A stretch of 32,000 bases of DNA from Trichodesmium erythraeum IMS101. GTDB lineage: Bacteria; Cyanobacteriota; Cyanobacteriia; Cyanobacteriales; Microcoleaceae. The stretch lies in assembly GCF_000014265.1 (NCBI RefSeq), contig NC_008312.1:540001-572000 (forward strand), in the 5' to 3' direction. A program made the translations under genes and the position numbers. Within the stretch, counting starts at the first letter, position 1. Each line of letters begins with the position of its first letter. Positions 19,201-27,677 of the stretch are shown here, in pieces. The notes below the pieces were generated by a model, which worked only from the letters and a program-made list of their open reading frames with translations, had not been told where the DNA came from and searched no databases.

Positions 19201-21606
19201 AGAGATGCTTTGAGAATAGCAGGTACTTTTTTAAATCAAAATCAGGAGCTGGTTAGCATTTCTACCGCCGGAGAATTAGCAGGGGGGAATATTAATATCA
19301 GCACAGGGAAAACACCTTTTACTGTAGGAGATATTACGACTAACGGTTCTGTAGGAGCAATTACAGATGGAAACCTGATAATTTCACCAGATCGTTCTCT
19401 ACCCAATAAGTTTAATCTCATTGATATCCAAAAGAGGGAAAACTCTCAACTACAGGATAATAACTCTAGTGAAACTCAAAAAGAAACAGAGTTACAGACT
19501 CAAAAAAGTCCACTCCAGCCAGACTCAACCGCGGATAGCAGTTCTAATAAAGATAACCAAGCTTCTGTAGTTACTCAAACTAAGTCTAGTAATTCTAAGG
19601 AAGAAAATCAAACCAGTGTAGTGACTCAACAAGAATTAGTTGAGCCATCAGACAATATTAAGATAGATCAGGTAGAAAAAACTCAAAGTTCTATTGAGGA
19701 AAATAATAAACCATCCTTAAACACAAACCAAGAAGTACAGACAGTATCTCAAGAACCTGTTTCTATTGAGGAAAATAATCAACCATCCTTAAGCACAAAC
19801 CAAAAAGTACAGACAGTTGAGAAAAATAATCAACCATCCTTAAACACAAACCAAGAAGTACAGACAGTATCTCAAGAACCTGTTTCTATTGAGAAAAATA
19901 ATCAACCATCCTTAAACACAAACCAAGAAGTACAGACAGTATCTCAAAAACCTGAAGCAAGTTCACAACGTTTAGACAGTTCTGAAGTGACTCCCTCTGT
20001 TATAGAAAATGTAGATAATATCAAATTATCAAGAAGCTTAGAAGAGCAAACTTCTCCTCCCCCAGTACTTGTAGTAGAAAATCAAAATACAACCACAATA
20101 GAATTAGAAAAAACTGATAATTTTCCACCTGTTCCAGAATTCTTAGAAAATCAAGAAGCAAAAATTATTGTGGAGGATATCGAATATAGTGAAACTCCAG
20201 CAGCTTCTAATAAAATTTTAGAGGATACCACCTCTAGTTTAAATTCAGCAGTTTCAAATCAAACAGTTGCTATAGAAAATCCTGCTCAAGGTAATTTTTC
20301 CCAGAAACCAACTCCAACGATAGTTGTAGAAGAAAATATTACAACTACTGCTTCAGAAATTTCTCCCAAGAATAATTTCCATCAAATTAGTTTAACAGAT
20401 ACCATATCTCAGATAGAGCTAACCAGACGCAGAGAATTTACTAATTATTTAGGAAAAAACATTTCTAAGAGAACTGCTACAGCAACAAATATCCGCAATA
20501 CTCTCAGCAGTGTTGCCAAAATAGATATCAGACCAGCAATGATATACGTCTCCCCACAACCCAATTATTTAGAACTACAATTGTTTTTGCCCAATGGTAA
20601 ACCAGTTGTTAAAAGCATTAAAAAAAATAGAGATGAGGTAATTGAGGTTGCAAAAAAATTCACTAACCAAATTAGAACTCCTCGTCAATTAGATTCTCAC
20701 AGCTATTTATCAAATGCTAAAAAATTATATAAATGGTTGATTGCGCCAATATCTCAAGAATTGGTAGCTTATAATATTAACATGATCGTTTTTTCAATGG
20801 ATAGTGGTTTGAGAACTATTCCCATAGCAGCTTTACATGATGGTCAACAATTCCTAGTAGAAAAATATAGTTTGGGTTTAATCCCTAGTTTTACTTTAAC
20901 AGATACAAGATATTTGGGATTAGATGGTTCTCAAGTTTTAGCAATGGGAGCATCTAAGTTTTCTCCTAATACCAATGAAACTCCTCTACCTGGAGTACTT
21001 GTAGAACTTAAAGCTATTGTGAATAATCTTTGGCCGGGTAAGTATTTTTTGAATCAAGAATTTACTCTAGATAACTTGAAGTATGAACGCCGAAAAGAAA
21101 AATTCAAAATTATTCACTTAGCTACTCATGTAGAATTTCATCCAGGGGGTGCTGATAATTCTTATATTCAATTTTGGGATACTAAGCTACCCTTAAATGA
21201 ATTACGACAGTTACGTTTGCATCGCCCCCAAATTGAATTATTGGTATTGAGTGCTTGTACTACTGCAGTGGGAGATGAAGATGTTGAATTAGGTTTTGCA
21301 GGTTTGGCAGTGCAAGCAGGAGTCAAGTCGGCTTTGGCAAGTCTTTGGTATGTTAGCGATGCTGGTACATTAGCTTTGATGACTGAGTTTTATCAACATT
21401 TATCAAAAAGACCTATTAAAGCAGAAGCATTACGAAAAGCTCAATTGGCAATGTTAAGGGGAGATTTGCATTTACAAGATGGTCATATACTCCGAAATGG
21501 TAATCAGGGTCTCCCTTTACCACCGGAGTTAGCCATAGGAGGTAGGAGAGATTTATCTCACCCTTATTATTGGGCATCATTTACCATGATAGGTTCACCG
21601 TGGTAA
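16288..21606 (+). CDS. Giant exoprotein: N-terminal TPS (haemagglutination-activity) secretion domain, beta-helix repeats, low-complexity linker and C-terminal CHAT protease domain
   Basis: 1772-aa ORF. TPS motifs are [62 protein letters not shown] (about nt 16465-17112). Many GGNI(N/E)I-type repeats occupy about nt 17125-19400. A Q/N/S/T/E-rich linker spans about 19430-20400. The CHAT region spans about 20404-21603, with [10 protein letters not shown] (His) and [11 protein letters not shown] (Cys). Confidence 0.9.
   Translation: [1772 protein letters not shown]
19693..19953 (+). repeat. In-frame 72-bp tandem repeat (about 3.7 copies) inside the giant gene's linker
   Basis: The copies are 19693-19764, 19765-19818 (short, 54 nt), 19819-19887 and 19888-19953. 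They encode IE(E/K)NN(K/Q)PSL(N/S)TNQ(E/K)VQTV(SQEPVS). The last two copies are almost identical at the DNA level. Confidence 0.9.
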
Positions 21607-22067
21607 GAGGATTTTGTTTCAGGGGTTATTGAAAAAAAGTTTCTACCTTTAAGCAAAAATACCAAATTGATAGCTGGCAAGACCCAGGCTTAAAATATAG
21701 GTAAGTATTCAATAGATGGGGAAATGGGATATATTGAAGTATTTTTTTACCTTTTTTCTGTATTGCTTCTTTTCATAGATGACTCTGTGACTCAAAAATT
21801 TAATTGCGGGTACTGTCGGTATACTATCAAGATTTAAACGTTAATCAATATTTGGAGTTCCTTATATAACTAAAGTAGAGGGTAAAAACACTTGTTTAAG
21901 AATTTATTTAGCAATATTAGAACGAAAAACGATTAGTTACTTGCACATTCCTTAAAAATGCTTAAGTATTCCATTTTCTTACTACTATACTACTTAAAAT
22001 TTAAGACTGTGCCAATTCCTACAATCATTATTACACATTGACCAAAGCCAAATATATTACCATTACT

Positions 22068-22235
22068 ATGCAAGACTACAAAAAAATTTTCTTGATTGGA
22101 ATAGTTTGTTTGATCCCTCTGTTTTTATGGGGAATGAATATAATTTTAGCCAGAGGTTATTTAGGCTCAGTAATGTTGGATATTTATGAGAGCGATCGGG
22201 ATGCCTCAGCTATTTTTTGGACAGATGTAGAGTAG
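22068..22235 (+). CDS. Possible small membrane protein (55 aa from the ATG; the track ORF starts at a TTG at 22038)
   Basis: MQDYKKIFLIGIVCLIPLFLWGMNIILARGYLGSVMLDIYESDRDASAIFWTDVE has one clear TM helix and an acidic tail. I recognise no family, so it could be spurious. Confidence 0.3.
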   Translation: MQDYKKIFLIGIVCLIPLFLWGMNIILARGYLGSVMLDIYESDRDASAIFWTDVE

Positions 22236-22494
22236 ATGGGGAGTGCAAAGAGTATATTAGTCAATCAATATTTTTCAACTTGATAATTTTTGGTTAACTT
22301 AAGAGAAACTATTGTTTATATTATGAATAACCAGCAAAAAATGATATTACCTGAAACTTTAAATAAGTAAGTATCATTTTGTTTAGCTTTCCGATAACTA
22401 TATTTTCGGTATAAAAAATTTTTGTCTAACTTTTTTTGTAAAATTTAAGAGTAAGTTTACTTTAATTTACAAAGATAAATAAATTTAAAATCAC

Positions 22495-23130
22495 CTAAGC
22501 ATAGGATTTTATAGGTATAGCTGTAACAACCATCAGTCCCCAAATAAATCCTAAACGAAATTTAGTTGCATTATGTATTTTAAACTCAGCAGATACCAAT
22601 AACTGATGTAATTCAGCTTGAGTATAGCATTGTTGATGAGCAGAATCGAAAATTCGTAAGAACCAGTCGCATATTCTGCAAAAAAAATAATCTTTGTTCC
22701 AGTCAAGAATTATTACTTTGCCACTGGGTTTAAGCACCCGTTTAATTTCTCCTAATGCTACTTGAGGATAGTCAAAATAATGAAAAGCATTAGCACATAC
22801 AACCACATCAAAAGAATGACTGTTAAACGGTAGTGAATGAACTGAAACTTTTTGAAACTCGACATTAGAATTAGTTTGATATTTTTTCCTAGCTATATTT
22901 AACATCTTCTCAGATATATCAATTCCGATAATTCTCTGTGTCGGATTTTTTTTGAGCAAGAGTCGTTCAAATTCCCCAGTACCACAAGCAACATCTAGAA
23001 TCTTTGCCTGTGGATCAATTTGTTCCCAAGTGTGAAGAAAACTCAGAGTATTCATGATATAACTTTGCCAGCGCCAATCATAAATATTAGCAATTTGATC
23101 ATATTGTTTTTGGATTTTAAATTCGCTCAT
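22495..23130 (-). CDS. Class I SAM-dependent methyltransferase (Methyltransf_11/UbiE-like)
   Basis: 211-aa ORF with motif I ILDVACGTGEF, GIDISEKML, the post-I/II segment DVVVCANAFHYF, and LKPSGKVIILDW. It is divergent from ptxA. Confidence 0.85.
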   Translation of the reverse strand: MSEFKIQKQYDQIANIYDWRWQSYIMNTLSFLHTWEQIDPQAKILDVACGTGEFERLLLKKNPTQRIIGIDISEKMLNIARKKYQTNSNVEFQKVSVHSLPFNSHSFDVVVCANAFHYFDYPQVALGEIKRVLKPSGKVIILDWNKDYFFCRICDWFLRIFDSAHQQCYTQAELHQLLVSAEFKIHNATKFRLGFIWGLMVVTAIPIKSYA

Positions 23131-23583
23131 ATCATTTCAGTTATCAATTATCAGTTATTAGGAAAATCAGCTAAACCCAGAGGATAAAAAAATAGTCAAT
23201 AGGATATTTTAATCCTACGAAAAAAATAGGATTAAGACATAATTTTTCATCAAATTTTAAGATTATGCCTTACACATACTTTTTCAATATCTAAATATAT
23301 ATATAATCCCTAAAGATATCTTTTTTTAGCTAACTTAGCTTCATAAGTAGGTAGTATATTAAGTAATATCAGAAGTTTGTAATAGTTGAGTAAAAACTAT
23401 TCATAACAAAAATAATTAAATTTAGAAAATCTAAGGATAATAACTAGGCAAGGATATATCAAATGGAATCTATAATATTTCTGGGCATCTAGATAAGAAA
23501 CTTATAAAATATACTTGAGCATATATTAAGAATAAAAGTAAGCTCTAGAAAAAATTAGTTAACCATTTAACCCATCAAGCATT

Positions 23584-24342
23584 ATGATCTCTCTAAATAA
23601 ACTGGGTGTGACTTACCCAAATGGCACAGAAGCTTTACACAACATTTCTATTGAATTGAATCAAGGAGAATTCACTGTAATTTTAGGGTCTTCTGGAGCT
23701 GGAAAATCTACTCTCTTACGCTGTATAAACTTTCTTACTTATCCTACCAGTGGAAAAGTCATTATTGAAGGTAATGGTGATTTAAATCACCCTAAAATAT
23801 TACAAAAACATCGTCAAAGGACAGGAATGATTTTTCAACAACATCAATTAATTCCTCGGCAAACTGCTCTCAAAAATGTTCTAGTAGGTCGTTTAGGTTA
23901 TCATTCTACCCTGAGAAGTTTATTTCCTCTTCCTAAAACAGATCAGTATATTGCCTTAAATTGTTTAGAAAGAGTAGGTTTATTAGAAAAGGCTTTAACA
24001 CCTGTTCAAGCTTTAAGTGGTGGACAACAACAACGAGTAGGAATTGCTCGTGCTTTAGCCCAAAAACCTAAATTTATCTTAGCCGATGAACCCATCGCCA
24101 GTTTAGATCCTGCTAGCTCTCATCAAGTTTTATCTAATTTACAAAAGATTTGTCAAGAAGATAGAATTGGGGCTTTAATTAGTTTACATCAAGTTGATTT
24201 AGCTTTACAATATGCCCAGCGTATTATTGGATTAGGTAAAGGGACAATTCTCTTTGATTGTAATCCTTCAGAGATCAAAAAACAGCAACTTGAAGAAATT
24301 TATCAAACTCTATCCTATAATCCTATAAGTAAGACTATATAA
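23584..24342 (+). CDS. ptxA: Phosphite/phosphonate ABC transporter ATP-binding protein (PhnC family)
   Basis: 252-aa ORF with Walker [11 protein letters not shown]-loop, signature [15 protein letters not shown], Walker B FILADEP and an H-loop (SLHQV). The ptx assignment comes from the context of the downstream PtxD. Confidence 0.85.
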   Translation: MISLNKLGVTYPNGTEALHNISIELNQGEFTVILGSSGAGKSTLLRCINFLTYPTSGKVIIEGNGDLNHPKILQKHRQRTGMIFQQHQLIPRQTALKNVLVGRLGYHSTLRSLFPLPKTDQYIALNCLERVGLLEKALTPVQALSGGQQQRVGIARALAQKPKFILADEPIASLDPASSHQVLSNLQKICQEDRIGALISLHQVDLALQYAQRIIGLGKGTILFDCNPSEIKKQQLEEIYQTLSYNPISKTI

Positions 24343-24790
24343 CTATATACATATTGTCCGTCATACAATACAGTTCAATCAACGATTTTTTGCACTTCTG
24401 TAATCTGAACAGCTTATTTGTATATACTAAAAGTTTTATACTATAATAGTATTGGTATTATCTAGACTATATTAATTAAAATAAATGTACTAGAAAAAAA
24501 AAGCTTAGTAAAGTTAAACTGTCGCAAACCCATTTCCAAATAATTATTTATAAGGTCTGCTCGTCTTCAAAACTGAAGATGACACTTTCACCTCATCTAG
24601 CTCCTATCCTAAACTTCCCTTGTTATAGGCACATATTTTAAACTTTATCTCAGATCTAATGAGTTCACATTAGTTGACTGTTTGAGGTAATTGACAATTT
24701 TAGAGTCATAGTAATATTGATGCAATAGTTGTTTGTTTTTGTATGTGTTTCACCGCCTTTAGCTAATTAATTTTTCAGGACATAAAGATT

Positions 24791-25687
24791 ATGTTAGGTT
24801 TAATCCTCAAAAAAAATTTGTTTACAGTGCTTTTTTTGGCTTGCTTAAGTTTAGTTAGTTGTAGTAATTCTAATATTCAAAAATCAGAGAACAAAGCTAA
24901 TCCTCAAAAATTAGTTGTTGCTTTATTGCCAGATGAATCTGCTGCTACTGTTATTCAGAATAATAAAGGACTTGAGATGTACCTAGAAAATAAGCTAAAT
25001 AAAGATATTGAATTATTTGTTAGCACTGACTATTCTTCTATGATTGAAGTAGCTAGTAAAGGACGTTTAGATTTAGCTTATTTTGGTCCCTTATCTTACG
25101 TTTTAGCGAAAACTAAAAGTAATATTGAACCCTTTGCTGCTTTAGAAAAAGATGGAAAAAATACTTATCAAGCTCTAGTTATTGGTAATGCAGAAGCAGG
25201 AATTAATTCCTATGAAAAAATAGAAGGAAAAATCATGGCCTATGGCGATCAAGCTTCTACTTCTAGTCACTTAATTCCTAAGTCAATGTTAAAGCAAAAA
25301 CAATTAAAAGCTGGGGAAAATTATGAAGAAGTTTTTGTGGGTGCCCATGATGCTGTTGCTATTGCTGTTGCCAATGGTAAAGCGCAAGCTGGAGGGTTGA
25401 GTAAACCCATTTTTACTGCCTTAATTGAAAGGGGAACAATTGATAAAAATAAGGTAATTATTATTGCTGAATCTAAACCTTTTCCTCAGTATCCTTGGAC
25501 AATGCGCTCTGATTTAGATTCTGAACTTAAAACACAAATTCAACAGGCATTTTTAGAGTTGGAAGATAAGGCAATACTAAAACCATTTAAAGCAGATGCT
25601 TTTACATTAGTTACAGATCAAGATTATGATGTGGTTAGAAACTTAGGAGAAGTGCTAGAGCTTAATTTTGAACAATTGAATAAATAA
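24791..25687 (+). CDS. ptxB: Periplasmic phosphite-binding lipoprotein (PhnD family)
   Basis: 298-aa ORF with a lipoprotein signal and lipobox (LSLVSC). PhnD-family features include VVALLPDES, DLAYFGPLSYV, YGDQASTSSHLIP and YPWTMRSDL. Confidence 0.85.
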   Translation: MLGLILKKNLFTVLFLACLSLVSCSNSNIQKSENKANPQKLVVALLPDESAATVIQNNKGLEMYLENKLNKDIELFVSTDYSSMIEVASKGRLDLAYFGPLSYVLAKTKSNIEPFAALEKDGKNTYQALVIGNAEAGINSYEKIEGKIMAYGDQASTSSHLIPKSMLKQKQLKAGENYEEVFVGAHDAVAIAVANGKAQAGGLSKPIFTALIERGTIDKNKVIIIAESKPFPQYPWTMRSDLDSELKTQIQQAFLELEDKAILKPFKADAFTLVTDQDYDVVRNLGEVLELNFEQLNK

Positions 25688-25734
25688 GAGACTAAACCTC
25701 AGAAAAATTAGTCAATCTTATTTAAAAATTATCC

Positions 25735-26562
25735 TTGAAAGATATGAAAGTTACTCCTAAAATTACGCCCAATAAGTTTGATACTTTACTCCGTCAACAA
25801 CAAAGAAGTTGGTATATTTTTTTGACTAAAACATTGATATTATTAGGTATTATTTTAGTCAGCTTTGGGACTGTAGGATTATTGGATGGACAACGATTAT
25901 CTGAGGGTATTCCTGATTTAATTGGGATGGTTGGAGAAATGTTACCGCCAGATTTTAGTCGCGCTTTAGACTGGATTAAACCTTTAATTGATACTATTGC
26001 TATGAGTATTGCAGGTACAGGTATGGCTATTGCTCTTTCTATTCCTCTTTCTTTGGGAGCTGCTCGCAATACTACTCCTCATCCTGTTGTTTATTTTCTC
26101 TCAAGAATGATTCTGAATATAGCTAGGGCAATTCCTGAATTAATTTTAGGAATAATTTTTGTTGCAGCAGTTGGATTTGGCACACTTCCTGGGGTATTAG
26201 CATTAGGATTTCATTCAATTGGTATGGTGGGAAAATTTTTGGCTGAAGCTATAGAACATACGGATAATTCTCCTATTGAAGCTGCAAAATCTGCCGGAGC
26301 TAATCATTTACAAATTATTTTTCATGGCATTTTTCCTCAAATTTTTCCTCAAATTGCTGACCTAACTTTTTACCGTTGGGAATACAATTTTCGAGCCTCA
26401 ATGGTATTAGGTGCTGTAGGAGCTGGCGGCATTGGGTTTGAAATTATTGGAGCCCTACGTTTACTAAAATATGAGGAAGTTTCTGCACTATTACTGGTCG
26501 TGTTAATAATGGTTACTTTAGTTGATAGTTTAAGTAACTATTTGCGTCAAAAGTTTATTTAA
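25735..26562 (+). CDS. ptxC: Phosphite/phosphonate ABC transporter permease (PhnE family)
   Basis: The track ORF starts at TTG 25735, and an ATG at 25744 is an equally plausible start. It is a multi-TM protein with a PhnE-type EAA-like loop (EAIEHTDNSPIEAAKSAGANHLQIIFHGIFPQ). Confidence 0.85.
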   Translation: MKDMKVTPKITPNKFDTLLRQQQRSWYIFLTKTLILLGIILVSFGTVGLLDGQRLSEGIPDLIGMVGEMLPPDFSRALDWIKPLIDTIAMSIAGTGMAIALSIPLSLGAARNTTPHPVVYFLSRMILNIARAIPELILGIIFVAAVGFGTLPGVLALGFHSIGMVGKFLAEAIEHTDNSPIEAAKSAGANHLQIIFHGIFPQIFPQIADLTFYRWEYNFRASMVLGAVGAGGIGFEIIGALRLLKYEEVSALLLVVLIMVTLVDSLSNYLRQKFI

Positions 26563-26681
26563 AGCTTTAAGTAAGTAGTTCAAGTATCTAGTTTTTTCTA
26601 CTGGGGAGAAGGAAATATAATTTATTTCAATATATTCCCTACTTCCCACTATCTACTCCCTTAATTTCTCAGGTATTCAAT

Positions 26682-27677
26682 ATGGATAAAAAACCATTAG
26701 TTGTTATTACCCATTGGATTCATTCTCAAGTTATTGATTATTTAAGTAAAACTTGTGAAGTTATTCTCAATCAAACTCAATACACATTGTCTCGTGAAGA
26801 AATTATCAATCGAACAAAAGAAGCTGAAGGTCTAATGGTATTTATGCCTGACTTTATTGAATCAAGTTTCTTAGATGCTTGTCCTCAATTAAAAGTTATT
26901 GCAGGAGCTTTAAGAGGGTATGATAATTTTGATATAGATGCTTGTACAAAACGAGGTATTTGGTTCACAATTGTTCCCGACTTATTAGCAGCACCCACAG
27001 CGGAATTAACTGTTGGATTATTATTGGGATTAGCTCGTCGAATGTTAGAAGGCGATCGCCTAATTCGTGATGGTCAATTTCAAGGATGGAAACCAAAACT
27101 TTACAGTAGAGGATTATTACATCAAAATCTAGGAATTGTAGGGATGGGAAAATTAGGAAAAGCTTTAGCCCAAAGATTGGTAGGTTTTAACATGAATTTA
27201 TTCTACAGTGATTCTATTCCCTTATCTGTAGAACAAGAAACTGCTTGGAAAATTTCTAGAGTTTCTTTAGAAGAACTCTTAAAGATTAGTGATTATGTAG
27301 TTTTAATGGTACCATTAATTCCTGATACCTATCATCTTATTAATCAAGATACCTTAGCCAAGATGAAACCAAAAAGTTTCCTGATCAATGCCTGTCGGGG
27401 ATCAGTTGTAGATGAGAAAGCGATCGGGTCAGCAATTCAATCAGGACATTTAGCTGGATATGCTGCTGATGTCTTTGAGATGGAAGATAGGGCTATCCCT
27501 CATCGCCCTCAAGGGATTTACAATACATTAATAACTGAAAAAAATAAGACTTTTTTGACTCCTCATCTGGGTTCTGCTGTTGATGAAATTCGCCATGATA
27601 TTTCTTTTGAAGCAGCCAAAAATATTGTGCAAGTTTTATCAGGAGAAATTCCTCAAGGAGCTGTTAACAAGCTATAA
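26682..27677 (+). CDS. ptxD: NAD-dependent phosphite dehydrogenase (D-2-hydroxyacid dehydrogenase family)
   Basis: 331-aa ORF, collinear with Pseudomonas stutzeri PtxD as I remember it. Shared segments include [71 protein letters not shown] (GxGxxG), [19 protein letters not shown] and TPHLGSAV. Confidence 0.9.
   Translation: MDKKPLVVITHWIHSQVIDYLSKTCEVILNQTQYTLSREEIINRTKEAEGLMVFMPDFIESSFLDACPQLKVIAGALRGYDNFDIDACTKRGIWFTIVPDLLAAPTAELTVGLLLGLARRMLEGDRLIRDGQFQGWKPKLYSRGLLHQNLGIVGMGKLGKALAQRLVGFNMNLFYSDSIPLSVEQETAWKISRVSLEELLKISDYVVLMVPLIPDTYHLINQDTLAKMKPKSFLINACRGSVVDEKAIGSAIQSGHLAGYAADVFEMEDRAIPHRPQGIYNTLITEKNKTFLTPHLGSAVDEIRHDISFEAAKNIVQVLSGEIPQGAVNKL

Noticed and set aside
19693-19953. Regular repeats checked as a possible CRISPR array
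   Set aside because: The units are contiguous with no unique spacers, in frame and inside a long ORF. This is a coding tandem repeat. No CRISPR array or cas gene is present anywhere in the window.
21607-22494. Search for a TpsB transporter, immunity gene or their relics downstream of the TPS-CHAT gene
   Set aside because: There is no long ORF and no recognisable Omp85/POTRA-like translated fragment in any frame by eye. Only a doubtful 55-aa membrane ORF (22068..22235) is present.
23559-23572. Two TTAACC repeats (TTAACCATTTAACCC) just upstream of ptxA, considered as a possible Pho box
   Set aside because: There are only two repeats, spaced 8 bp rather than the 11-bp phase of cyanobacterial SphR/PhoB boxes. 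They sit 12-25 nt from the start codon, where a ribosome-binding region rather than an activator site is expected.
25794-26069. 91-aa minus-strand ORF
   Set aside because: It is antisense within the ptxC permease gene.
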